Assembly (NCBI RefSeq): GCF_965641715.1
Contig: NZ_OZ282453.1
Source: Escherichia coli
GTDB lineage: Bacteria > Pseudomonadota > Gammaproteobacteria > Enterobacterales > Enterobacteriaceae
Length of the DNA stretch: 64,000 nucleotides
Direction: 5' to 3' (one strand)
A program made the translations under genes and the position numbers. Below, one piece after another: positions 45,803 to 60,655 of the stretch (the first letter of the stretch is position 1; the number at the start of each line of letters is the position of its first letter). The notes beneath the pieces were generated by a model. That model was not told the origin of the DNA, did no database searches, and saw nothing but the letters and a program-made list of their open reading frames with translations.

Positions 45803-45829
45803 ACAAAAAACGCGCCCGAAGGCGCGTTG
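45803..45829. repeat. attR core, which is also the functional raiA intrinsic terminator
   Basis: acaaaaaacgcgcccgaaggCgcgttg; minus strand reads caacgcgccttcgggcgcgttttttgt. Confidence 0.85.
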
Positions 45830-45851
45830 GCGATACACTCAATATAAAGGA

Positions 45852-46247
<396 letters not shown>

Positions 46248-46463
46248 TCAAAATGTGTGATGGAAATCTCATAATTTTGTCACTTTTTGTCAACGAATCT
46301 TTTTTGTGAGAAATCGCAGGAAGAGGTGTTTTTTTACTTGAGGAATATCTCAAAGCGAGCCATATTTGATGAGATCGATAGTGACTAAATCGCTTCAGTT
46401 TCACAACTGACAGAATAAAAAAACGGCAGCTCAAGGGCTGCCGTTTTGTGTTTCAGGTTTCTG

Positions 46464-47201
46464 TTATGTATTGCTGCTGTTTGCGGCGATGATTTTCGCT
46501 ACTTTTTCAGCTTGCGCATTCATCTGCATCTGACGGTATGCATTTTCCATCAGCGGCAGCGCATCACGCGTAGCCTGGGTATCCGGGTAGTCGCGCAACA
46601 TGCCTTCTACGCGGTTAACGACGGCAACCCATGCGCCACGTTCTGTATAGTACTCGGCCACGGAGTATTCATATTTCGCCAGACGATCTTTCAGGAATAC
46701 CAGACGTTTGGTGGCATCGGTGGTGTACTGACTGTTTGGATAGCCGCGCACCAGTTTGGAAAAGTCACTAAACGCAGCTCGTGCATGTTGAGGATCGCGA
46801 TCGCTACGGTCAACGCCAAAGAACCCTTGCAGCGCACTGTCATCCAGCGCCATATTGGTCAGGCCACGCATGTACATGACATAATCGATATTCGGATGGG
46901 TCGGGTTAAGGCGAATAAAACGATCGATGGCAGCCTGCGCTAACGGCAAATCGGCGTTTTTATAGTAGGCGTAGATGAGATCCAGCTGCACCTGCTGCGA
47001 ATACGGACCAAACGGATAGCGATTATCTAACGCTTCCAGTTGCGTTATTGCCTGTCTCCAGTTACCGTCCTGCAGCTTTTGTTGTGCAGTCGCGTAAATT
47101 TCATTTGGCGGATTATCAGGTACTTCTTCCTTTGACCCCGAGCAACCCGCCAAAAACAGGCTTAGTGTGGCGGCTGCCACCAGATATTTCATGCGCGTCA
47201 T
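46464..47201 (-). CDS. bamD: Outer-membrane protein assembly factor BamD
   Basis: 245 aa, lipobox [11 protein letters not shown]-like repeats. Confidence 0.95.
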
Positions 47202-47335
47202 GACGTTTTGACTTTCCTCAAAATGTAATACGGGAGATTCTCTGTTCCTGCTCCCGGTTAAGACCAGCTACAATAGCACACTATATTAAACGGCAAAGCC
47301 GTAAAACCCCAACGATAAACGAAGAAGCAGTATAT

Positions 47336-48316
47336 ATGGCACAACGAGTACAGCTCACTGCAACGGTGTCCGAAAACCAACTCGGTCAACGCTTAGATCA
47401 GGCTTTGGCCGAAATGTTCCCGGATTATTCACGTTCGCGAATAAAAGAATGGATCCTCGACCAGCGCGTGCTGGTTAACGGCAAACTTTGTGATAAGCCG
47501 AAAGAAAAAGTATTGGGTGGCGAGCAGGTTGCCATCAACGCAGAGATTGAAGAAGAAGCGCGTTTTGAACCGCAGGATATCCCGCTGGATATCGTCTATG
47601 AAGATGAAGACATCATCGTCATTAATAAACCGCGCGACCTGGTGGTTCATCCTGGCGCGGGTAACCCGGATGGCACGGTACTGAATGCGTTGCTTCATTA
47701 TTATCCGCCTATTGCCGATGTACCGCGTGCGGGCATCGTCCATCGTCTGGATAAAGACACCACTGGCCTGATGGTTGTGGCAAAAACCGTTCCGGCTCAG
47801 ACGCGTTTAGTCGAATCTTTGCAAAGGCGTGAAATTACTCGTGAGTACGAAGCGGTGGCGATTGGTCATATGACCGCTGGCGGTACGGTGGATGAGCCAA
47901 TCAGTCGCCACCCGACCAAACGTACTCACATGGCGGTGCATCCGATGGGCAAACCAGCGGTGACTCACTATCGCATCATGGAACACTTCCGTGTGCACAC
48001 GCGTCTGCGGTTGCGTCTGGAAACTGGACGTACGCACCAGATCCGCGTGCATATGGCCCATATCACTCATCCGCTGGTGGGCGATCCGGTTTATGGTGGC
48101 CGTCCGCGTCCGCCAAAAGGTGCTTCGGAAGCGTTTATCTCCACGCTGCGTAAATTTGACCGCCAGGCGCTTCATGCAACCATGCTGCGTCTTTATCACC
48201 CGATCTCCGGTATCGAAATGGAATGGCATGCGCCTATTCCACAAGATATGGTGGAGCTGATTGAGGTGATGCGCGCCGATTTCGAAGAGCATAAAGATGA
48301 AGTGGACTGGTTATGA
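47336..48316 (+). CDS. rluD: 23S rRNA pseudouridine synthase RluD
   Basis: 326 aa, S4 domain plus HRLDKDTTG catalytic motif. Confidence 0.95.
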   Translation: MAQRVQLTATVSENQLGQRLDQALAEMFPDYSRSRIKEWILDQRVLVNGKLCDKPKEKVLGGEQVAINAEIEEEARFEPQDIPLDIVYEDEDIIVINKPRDLVVHPGAGNPDGTVLNALLHYYPPIADVPRAGIVHRLDKDTTGLMVVAKTVPAQTRLVESLQRREITREYEAVAIGHMTAGGTVDEPISRHPTKRTHMAVHPMGKPAVTHYRIMEHFRVHTRLRLRLETGRTHQIRVHMAHITHPLVGDPVYGGRPRPPKGASEAFISTLRKFDRQALHATMLRLYHPISGIEMEWHAPIPQDMVELIEVMRADFEEHKDEVDWL

Positions 48317-49044
48317 GTAAGCTGATTGTCCCGCAGTGGCCGCTGCCAAAAGGTGTTGCGGCCTGTAGCTCTACTCGTATCGGCGGCGTGAGCTTGCCCC
48401 CGTATGACTCGCTCAACCTCGGTGCCCATTGTGGCGATAACCCGGATCACGTTGAGGAGAATCGCAAGCGACTTTTTGCTGCGGGCAATTTGCCTTCTAA
48501 ACCGGTCTGGCTTGAGCAGGTACACGGCAAAGATGTGCTTAATCTTACTGGCGAACCTTATGCCTCAAAACGAGCAGATGCCTCTTATAGCAATACGCCC
48601 GGCACGGTTTGCGCAGTGATGACTGCCGACTGCCTCCCTGTGCTGTTTTGCAATCGAGCGGGAACGGAAGTCGCCGCCGCTCATGCTGGCTGGCGTGGAC
48701 TGTGCGCAGGCGTGCTGGAAGAGACAGTTTCCTGTTTTGCTGATAATCCAGAAAATATTCTCGCCTGGTTAGGGCCGGCAATTGGTCCACGCGCGTTCGA
48801 AGTGGGGGCGGAGGTTCGCGAGGCGTTTATGGCAGCAGACGCCAAAGCGAGTACAGCTTTCATTCAGCATGGTGATAAGTATCTGGCGGATATTTATCTG
48901 CTTGCCCGGCAGCGTCTGGCGAGCGTTGGTGTTGAACAAATTTTCGGCGGCGACCGTTGTACATATACGGAAAATGAGACTTTCTTCTCTTATCGTCGCG
49001 ACAAGACCACCGGGCGTATGGCAAGTTTCATTTGGCTGATATAA
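48313..49044 (+). CDS. yfiH: Polyphenol oxidase/laccase-domain protein YfiH (PgeF)
   Basis: 243 aa; overlaps the rluD stop. Confidence 0.9.
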   Translation: MSKLIVPQWPLPKGVAACSSTRIGGVSLPPYDSLNLGAHCGDNPDHVEENRKRLFAAGNLPSKPVWLEQVHGKDVLNLTGEPYASKRADASYSNTPGTVCAVMTADCLPVLFCNRAGTEVAAAHAGWRGLCAGVLEETVSCFADNPENILAWLGPAIGPRAFEVGAEVREAFMAADAKASTAFIQHGDKYLADIYLLARQRLASVGVEQIFGGDRCTYTENETFFSYRRDKTTGRMASFIWLI

Positions 49045-49106
49045 CCTAAAGAATCAAGACGATCCGGTACGCGTGATTTTCTTTTCACATTAATCTGGTC
49101 AATAAC

Positions 49107-49135
49107 CTTGAATAATTGAGGGATGACCTCATTTA
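49107..49135 (+). promoter_or_regulatory. sigma32 heat-shock promoter of clpB
   Basis: CTTGAAT - 13 nt - CCTCATTTA fits CTTGAAA / CCCCATnT. Confidence 0.65.
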
Positions 49136-49173
49136 ATCTCCAGTAGCAACTTTGATCCGTTATGGGAGGAGTT

Positions 49174-51747
49174 ATGCGTCTGGATCGTCTTACTAATAAA
49201 TTCCAGCTTGCTCTTGCCGATGCCCAATCACTTGCACTCGGGCACGACAACCAATTTATCGAACCACTTCATTTAATGAGCGCCCTGCTGAATCAGGAAG
49301 GGGGTTCGGTTAGTCCTTTATTAACATCCGCTGGCATAAATGCTGGCCAGTTGCGCACAGATATCAATCAGGCATTAAATCGTTTACCGCAGGTTGAAGG
49401 TACTGGTGGTGATGTCCAGCCATCACAGGATCTGGTGCGCGTTCTGAATCTTTGCGACAAGCTGGCGCAAAAACGTGGTGATAACTTTATCTCGTCAGAA
49501 CTGTTCGTTCTGGCGGCACTTGAGTCTCGCGGCACGCTGGCCGACATCCTGAAAGCAGCAGGGGCGACCACCGCCAACATTACTCAAGCGATTGAACAAA
49601 TGCGTGGAGGTGAAAGCGTGAACGATCAAGGTGCTGAAGACCAACGTCAGGCTTTGAAAAAATATACCATCGACCTTACCGAACGAGCCGAACAGGGCAA
49701 ACTCGATCCGGTGATTGGTCGTGATGAAGAAATTCGCCGTACCATTCAGGTGCTGCAACGTCGTACTAAAAATAACCCGGTACTGATTGGTGAACCCGGC
49801 GTCGGTAAAACTGCCATCGTTGAAGGTCTGGCGCAGCGTATTATCAACGGCGAAGTGCCGGAAGGGTTGAAAGGCCGCCGGGTACTGGCGCTGGATATGG
49901 GCGCGCTGGTGGCTGGGGCGAAATATCGCGGTGAGTTTGAAGAACGTTTAAAAGGCGTGCTTAACGATCTTGCCAAACAGGAAGGCAACGTCATCCTGTT
50001 TATCGACGAATTACATACCATGGTCGGCGCGGGTAAAGCCGATGGCGCAATGGACGCCGGAAACATGCTGAAACCGGCGCTGGCGCGTGGTGAATTGCAC
50101 TGCGTAGGTGCCACGACGCTTGACGAATATCGCCAGTACATCGAAAAAGATGCTGCGCTGGAACGTCGTTTCCAGAAAGTGTTTGTTGCCGAGCCTTCTG
50201 TTGAAGATACCATTGCGATTCTGCGTGGCCTGAAAGAACGTTACGAATTGCACCACCATGTGCAAATTACTGACCCGGCAATTGTTGCAGCGGCGACGTT
50301 GTCTCATCGCTATATTGCTGACCGTCAGCTGCCGGATAAAGCCATCGACCTGATCGATGAAGCAGCATCCAGCATTCGTATGCAGATTGACTCAAAACCA
50401 GAAGAACTCGACCGACTCGATCGCCGTATCATCCAGCTCAAACTGGAACAACAGGCGTTAATGAAAGAGTCTGATGAAGCCAGTAAAAAACGTCTGGATA
50501 TGCTCAACGAAGAACTGAGCGACAAAGAACGTCAGTACTCCGAGTTAGAAGAAGAGTGGAAAGCAGAGAAAGCATCGCTTTCTGGTACGCAGACCATTAA
50601 AGCGGAACTGGAACAGGCGAAAATCGCTATTGAACAGGCTCGCCGTGTGGGTGACCTGGCGCGGATGTCTGAACTGCAATACGGCAAAATCCCGGAACTG
50701 GAAAAGCAACTGGAAGCCGCAACGCAGCTCGAAGGCAAAACTATGCGTCTGTTGCGTAATAAAGTGACCGACGCCGAAATTGCTGAAGTGCTGGCGCGTT
50801 GGACGGGGATTCCGGTTTCTCGCATGATGGAAAGCGAGCGCGAAAAACTGCTGCGTATGGAGCAAGAACTGCACCATCGCGTAATTGGTCAGAACGAAGC
50901 GGTTGATGCGGTATCTAACGCTATTCGTCGTAGCCGTGCGGGGCTGGCGGATCCAAATCGCCCGATTGGTTCATTCCTGTTCCTCGGCCCAACTGGTGTG
51001 GGGAAAACAGAGCTTTGTAAGGCGCTGGCGAACTTTATGTTTGATAGCGACGAGGCGATGGTCCGTATCGATATGTCCGAGTTTATGGAGAAACACTCGG
51101 TGTCTCGTCTGGTTGGTGCGCCTCCGGGATATGTTGGTTATGAAGAAGGTGGCTACCTGACCGAAGCTGTGCGTCGTCGTCCGTATTCCGTCATCCTGCT
51201 GGATGAAGTGGAAAAAGCGCATCCGGATGTCTTCAACATTCTGTTGCAGGTACTGGATGATGGGCGTCTGACTGACGGGCAGGGGAGAACGGTCGACTTC
51301 CGTAATACGGTTGTCATTATGACCTCTAACCTCGGTTCCGATTTGATTCAGGAACGCTTCGGTGAACTGGATTATGCGCATATGAAAGAGCTGGTGCTCG
51401 GTGTGGTAAGCCATAACTTCCGTCCGGAGTTCATTAACCGTATCGATGAAGTGGTGGTCTTCCATCCGCTGGGCGAACAGCACATTGCCTCGATTGCGCA
51501 GATTCAGTTGAAACGTCTGTACAAACGTCTGGAAGAACGTGGTTATGAAATCCACATTTCTGACGAGGCGCTGAAACTGCTGAGCGAGAACGGTTACGAT
51601 CCGGTCTATGGTGCACGTCCTTTGAAACGTGCTATCCAGCAGCAGATCGAAAACCCGTTGGCACAGCAAATACTGTCTGGTGAATTGGTTCCGGGTAAAG
51701 TTATTCGCCTGGAAGTTAATGAAGACCGGATTGTCGCCGTCCAGTAA
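49174..51747 (+). CDS. clpB: Disaggregase chaperone ClpB
   Basis: [18 protein letters not shown]..., two AAA+ modules ([16 protein letters not shown]); ATG 49174 follows gggagga. Confidence 0.95.
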
Positions 51748-51752
51748 TGATA

Positions 51753-51778
51753 AAACGAGCCCTTCGGGGCTCGTTTTT
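51753..51778 (+). terminator. clpB intrinsic terminator
   Basis: aacgagccc ttcg gggctcgtt plus T run. Confidence 0.8.
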
Positions 51779-51861
51779 GTCTATAAGTTAGACGGAAAAG
51801 ACTATATTTAAGATGTTTTGCCTGAAAAATGAGCGAACGATAAAGTTTTTATATTTTTCGC

Positions 51862-51889
51862 TTGTCAGGCCGGAATAACTCCCTATAAT
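51862..51889 (+). promoter_or_regulatory. rrn P1 promoter
   Basis: TTGTCA - 16 nt - TATAAT with an AT-rich UP element upstream and a GCGC discriminator. Confidence 0.8.
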
Positions 51890-51979
51890 GCGCCACCACT
51901 GACACGGAACAACGGCAAACACGCCGCCGGGTCAGCGGGGTTCTTCTGAGAATCTCAACAGAGAAAAGCAAAAAAATGC

Positions 51980-52007
51980 TTGACTCTGTAGCGGGAAAGC
52001 GTATTAT
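51980..52007 (+). promoter_or_regulatory. rrn P2 promoter
   Basis: TTGACT - 16 nt - TATTAT. Confidence 0.75.
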
Positions 52008-52044
52008 GCACACCCCGCGCCGCTGAGAAAAAGCGAAGCGGCAC

Positions 52045-52057
52045 TGCTCTTTAACAA
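52045..52057 (+). promoter_or_regulatory. rrn leader boxA antitermination element
   Basis: tgctctttaacaa. Confidence 0.8.
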
Positions 52058-52188
52058 TTTATCAGACAATCTGTGTGGGCACTCGAAGATACGGATTCTT
52101 AACGTCGCAAGACGAAAAATGAATACCAAGTCTCAAGAGTGAACACGTAATTCATTACGAAGTTTAATTCTTTGAGCATCAAACTTTT

Positions 52189-53730
<1,542 letters not shown>

Positions 53731-53815
53731 CCTTAAAGAAGCGTACTTTGCAGTGCTCACACAGATTGTCTGATAGAAAGTGAAAAGCAAGGCGTCTTGC
53801 GAAGCAGACTGATAC

Positions 53816-53891
53816 GTCCCCTTCGTCTAGAGGCCCAGGACACCGCCCTTTCACGGCGGTAACAGGGGTTCGAATCCCCTAGGGGACGCCA
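53816..53891 (+). tRNA. gltW: tRNA-Glu (UUC) in the 16S-23S spacer
   Basis: gtccccttcgtctagaggcccagg...cccTTTCACgg...ggttcgaatcccctaggggacgcca; 76 nt. Confidence 0.95.
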
Positions 53892-54084
53892 CTTGCTGGT
53901 TTGTGAGTGAAAGTCGCCGACCTTAATATCTCAAAACTCATCTTCGGGTGATGTTTGAGATATTTGCTCTTTAAAAATCTGGATCAAGCTGAAAATTGAA
54001 ACACTGAACAACGAAAGTTGTTCGTGAGTCTCTCAAATTTTCGCAACACGATGATGGATCGCAAGAAACATCTTCGGGTTGTGA

Positions 54085-56988
<2,904 letters not shown>

Positions 56989-57080
56989 ACAACGCCGAAG
57001 CTGTTTTGGCGGATGAGAGAAGATTTTCAGCCTGATACAGATTAAATCAGAACGCAGAAGCGGTCTGATAAAACAGAATT

Positions 57081-57200
57081 TGCCTGGCGGCCGTAGCGCG
57101 GTGGTCCCACCTGACCCCATGCCGAACTCAGAAGTGAAACGCCGTAGCGCCGATGGTAGTGTGGGGTCTCCCCATGCGAGAGTAGGGAACTGCCAGGCAT
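57081..57200 (+). rRNA. rrfG: 5S rRNA
   Basis: tgcctggcggccgtagcgcggtgg ... gggaactgccaggcat; 120 nt. Confidence 0.97.
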
Positions 57201-57211
57201 CAAATTAAGCG

Positions 57212-57240
57212 AAAGGCCATCCTGACGGATGGCCTTTTTG
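57212..57240 (+). terminator. rrn operon terminator
   Basis: aaaggccatcc tgac ggatggccttt plus T run. Confidence 0.85.
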
Positions 57241-57258
57241 CATTGGCGCAGAAAAAAA

Positions 57259-57287
57259 TGCCTGATGCGACGCTGCGCGTCTTATAC
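57259..57287. repeat. REP-like element
   Basis: tgcctgatgcgacgctgcgcgtcttatac resembles the REP consensus. Confidence 0.5.
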
Positions 57288-57522
57288 TCCCACATATGCC
57301 AGATTGAGCAACGGATACGGTTTCCCCAACTTGCCTACTTCCATACGTGTCCTCCTTACCAGATATTTATCCTTAAGCTCCTCAATAACCATTTTCCTGC
57401 TAACTAAATTCATGGTTAAGGTTGCATAATGATACGCAACAAATGTATAACATTTTCTTTACCAAAAGAAATAAACAAAAGCGACCGACAAAAGCATCGG
57501 ATTACGGCAGGAGACTAATGGC

Positions 57523-58821
57523 ATGGCTGAAAGTACTGTAACGGCAGACAGCAAACTGACAAGTAGTGATACTCGTCGCCGCATTTGGGCGATTGTGGGG
57601 GCCTCTTCAGGTAATCTGGTCGAGTGGTTCGATTTCTATGTCTACTCGTTCTGTTCACTCTACTTTGCCCACATCTTCTTCCCTTCCGGGAACACGACGA
57701 CTCAACTACTACAAACAGCAGGTGTTTTTGCTGCGGGATTCCTGATGCGCCCAATAGGCGGTTGGCTATTTGGCCGCATAGCCGATAAACATGGTCGCAA
57801 AAAATCGATGCTGCTATCGGTGTGTATGATGTGTTTCGGCTCACTGGTAATCGCCTGTTTGCCTGGTTATGAAACAATCGGTACGTGGGCTCCGGCATTA
57901 TTGCTTCTCGCGCGTTTATTTCAGGGATTATCCGTTGGCGGAGAATATGGCACCAGCGCCACCTATATGAGTGAAGTTGCCGTTGAAGGGCGCAAAGGTT
58001 TTTACGCATCATTTCAGTATGTGACGTTGATCGGCGGACAACTGCTAGCCCTACTGGTTGTCGTGGTTTTACAACACACCATGGAAGACGCTGCACTCAG
58101 AGAGTGGGGATGGCGTATTCCTTTCGCGTTAGGAGCTGTGTTAGCTGTTGTGGCGTTGTGGTTACGTCGTCAGTTAGATGAAACTTCGCAACAAGAAACG
58201 CGCGCTTTAAAAGAAGCTGGATCTCTGAAAGGATTATGGCGCAATCGCCGTGCATTCATCATGGTTCTCGGTTTTACCGCTGCGGGCTCCCTTTGTTTCT
58301 ATACCTTCACCACTTATATGCAGAAGTATCTGGTAAATACTGCGGGAATGCATGCCAACGTGGCGAGTGGCATTATGACTGCCGCATTGTTTGTATTCAT
58401 GCTTATTCAACCACTCATTGGCGCGCTGTCGGATAAGATTGGTCGCCGTACCTCAATGTTATGTTTCGGTTCGCTGGCAGCCATTTTTACCGTTCCTATT
58501 CTCTCAGCATTGCAAAACGTTTCCTCGCCTTATGCCGCTTTTGGTCTGGTGATGTGTGCCCTGCTGATAGTGAGTTTTTATACATCAATCAGTGGAATAC
58601 TGAAGGCTGAGATGTTCCCGGCACAGGTTCGCGCATTAGGCGTTGGTCTGTCATATGCGGTCGCTAATGCTATATTTGGTGGTTCGGCGGAGTACGTAGC
58701 GTTGTCGCTGAAATCAATAGGAATGGAAACAGCCTTCTTCTGGTATGTGACCTTGATGGCCGTGGTGGCGTTTCTGGTTTCTTTGATGCTACATCGCAAA
58801 GGGAAGGGGATGCGTCTTTAG
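57523..58821 (+). CDS. kgtP: Alpha-ketoglutarate:H+ symporter (MFS)
   Basis: 432 aa, 12-[44 protein letters not shown]. Confidence 0.93.
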
Positions 58822-59141
58822 TGACGGGTCAGTTGCCAGACGGTATAGCCGGTGCTTGCACCGGCGACATCCCAGGCCAAATCCTTCCAGCTCCAGCCGC
58901 TCCCTTCGGGGCGGCTATCCCAAAGCTCTTTTGACGCCCCCAAACTGACAGAGAACATCAATCCAAACATGGCACTGCGATCCCGGCTCATCCCCTGATG
59001 CTGTGAATATTCATTTCCGGCGGCGGAAAGCATCGCCGAGGCGATAAAGTGTTGAGCTTTATCCTGCCCGCTCCAGCTATCGTTAGCCATATGGCTGCAT
59101 CCAGAAAGTAACAATAGCGAACAGACAAAAAGAATACGCAA
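58818..59141 (-). CDS. yfiM: Lipoprotein YfiM
   Basis: (TTG)[16 protein letters not shown] lipobox; TTG 59141 follows ggagg. Confidence 0.8.
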
Positions 59142-59186
59142 AACGTGGCCTCCAAAAAACAAACCCCGTACAGGGCGGGGTTGTGA

Positions 59187-60542
59187 TTACAGGATGCGGC
59201 TAATTAATCGGTCGATGCGGATACGGCGCAAACGGCGGATGAGTTTACGAACCTTCACCGGATAATCGGCAATACTTTGCAGATCGCGATAGTGCTTAAC
59301 GATGGTGGTATGCTCGCGGATCAGCTCCAGTTCTTTCTCTCGCTGCGGCGCAAGCTCCAGTTGTGGATCGTGGATCAAAATGGCGTTTTCCAGATCCAGA
59401 CGCCAGGCGCGCGGGTTCAGGTTATTACCGGTGATCAACATCCACTTATCATCAACCCACATCCCTTTTAGGTGATAGGTGTTGTCGTCATCTTTCCATA
59501 ACCGAACCACAAGCTGGTCAGTATTGACGTAATACTGCAAACGGCTCAGGAAACGACGCAGATTGATCTCATAGAGATAAGGCAATGCGCCAATTATCTT
59601 GAAAGGTTCATCTTCCGGAATGTAGAAGTCGTTCGCGGTTTTATCACCAACAATAATTTCGACCTTTTTCCCTTCGCGCAGCAACTGGATAATATTGCGC
59701 ACAAGGATTGCTGGCAGGTTGAAGTATGGCGTACAGATGGTTAGTTTCTGCTCGGCACAAGGCATAAGATGGAAAATGGTCTTGTTCAACAGACTCGATT
59801 TCCCCAGCCCCACTAGCGGCGTTACGGAAAGCTGATCGTTGTCGGCATCGCCCTGGAAATGATAAGCGGCATCACGCAGCTCCTGGCGGAACAGACGAAT
59901 ATCGTTCTTGATTTCCGGGCTTTTTGGCCGATTAACATCATCCAGACGATTAACGCCGCGGCCATTCATAATATTCTGTGTAACCCATTCAAACATAATG
60001 TCTGACATCTTACGGTTACGGATAAGATGATAACGGTCGTAGCGATATTTATCGTGCTGATGCAGGTAAACATCGTTCAGGCTGGCACCGCTATAAAGTA
60101 CGCTATCGTCGATGATAAAGCCTTTAAAGTGCAGAACGCCAAGGGCTTCACGGGTATTGATTGGAACGCCATAAACCGGAACATCTACGCCCGGATTTTC
60201 CTGCGCCATGCGGCAGTACCAGTCAGCGTTAGTGTTAGATGCCGCAGCGCCAATGCGTCCACGTTGTGCACGATGCCAGTCGACCAGCACCCGCACATCC
60301 AGTTCCGGACGCTGCCTTTTAGCTTCATACAACGCGTTCAGAATGCCTTTGCCACCGTCATCCTGTTCGAGATACAGGGCGACAATGCAAATGCGCTGCT
60401 TCGCGCTGGCTATTTTTTCCAGCAGCGTCTCCCGGAAGTCGGCGGGAGCGTAAAAGAAATCGACATCATCAACTGATTGAGAAATCTTGGGTAGTTGGGC
60501 AAGGTGTTGTTGATGTTTATTACGCTTAAATTTTGACAACAT
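59187..60542 (-). CDS. pssA: Phosphatidylserine synthase
   Basis: MLSKFKRNKHQQHLAQLPK..., two PLD HKD-type motifs; 451 aa. Confidence 0.93.
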   Translation of the reverse strand: MLSKFKRNKHQQHLAQLPKISQSVDDVDFFYAPADFRETLLEKIASAKQRICIVALYLEQDDGGKGILNALYEAKRQRPELDVRVLVDWHRAQRGRIGAAASNTNADWYCRMAQENPGVDVPVYGVPINTREALGVLHFKGFIIDDSVLYSGASLNDVYLHQHDKYRYDRYHLIRNRKMSDIMFEWVTQNIMNGRGVNRLDDVNRPKSPEIKNDIRLFRQELRDAAYHFQGDADNDQLSVTPLVGLGKSSLLNKTIFHLMPCAEQKLTICTPYFNLPAILVRNIIQLLREGKKVEIIVGDKTANDFYIPEDEPFKIIGALPYLYEINLRRFLSRLQYYVNTDQLVVRLWKDDDNTYHLKGMWVDDKWMLITGNNLNPRAWRLDLENAILIHDPQLELAPQREKELELIREHTTIVKHYRDLQSIADYPVKVRKLIRRLRRIRIDRLISRIL

Positions 60543-60655
60543 CACAGTGCATTTCTTCTCTGTTCATTGAAGGGTCCTCTGTGCAATGCAGACGACATAA
60601 GCGGGCAATAATAACACCAGTCCCGATTAAGTGGTCAACATTTCCAGTACCTTAC

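Larger units (their letters stand above)
9839..45829. mobile_element. P2-family (Peduovirus-like) prophage, ~36 kb, inserted between pheL and raiA
   Basis: Flanking 27-bp direct repeats; tyrosine integrase at the left end; near-complete P2-like gene set; raiA-pheL host synteny is interrupted. Confidence 0.92.

Noticed and set aside
46446-46943. 165-aa plus-strand ORF opposite bamD, and similar long ORFs opposite clpB (50971..51669), kgtP (57515..58096), pssA (60027..60476) and patZ (61478..61972)
   Set aside because: All are antisense shadows of well-identified conserved host genes.
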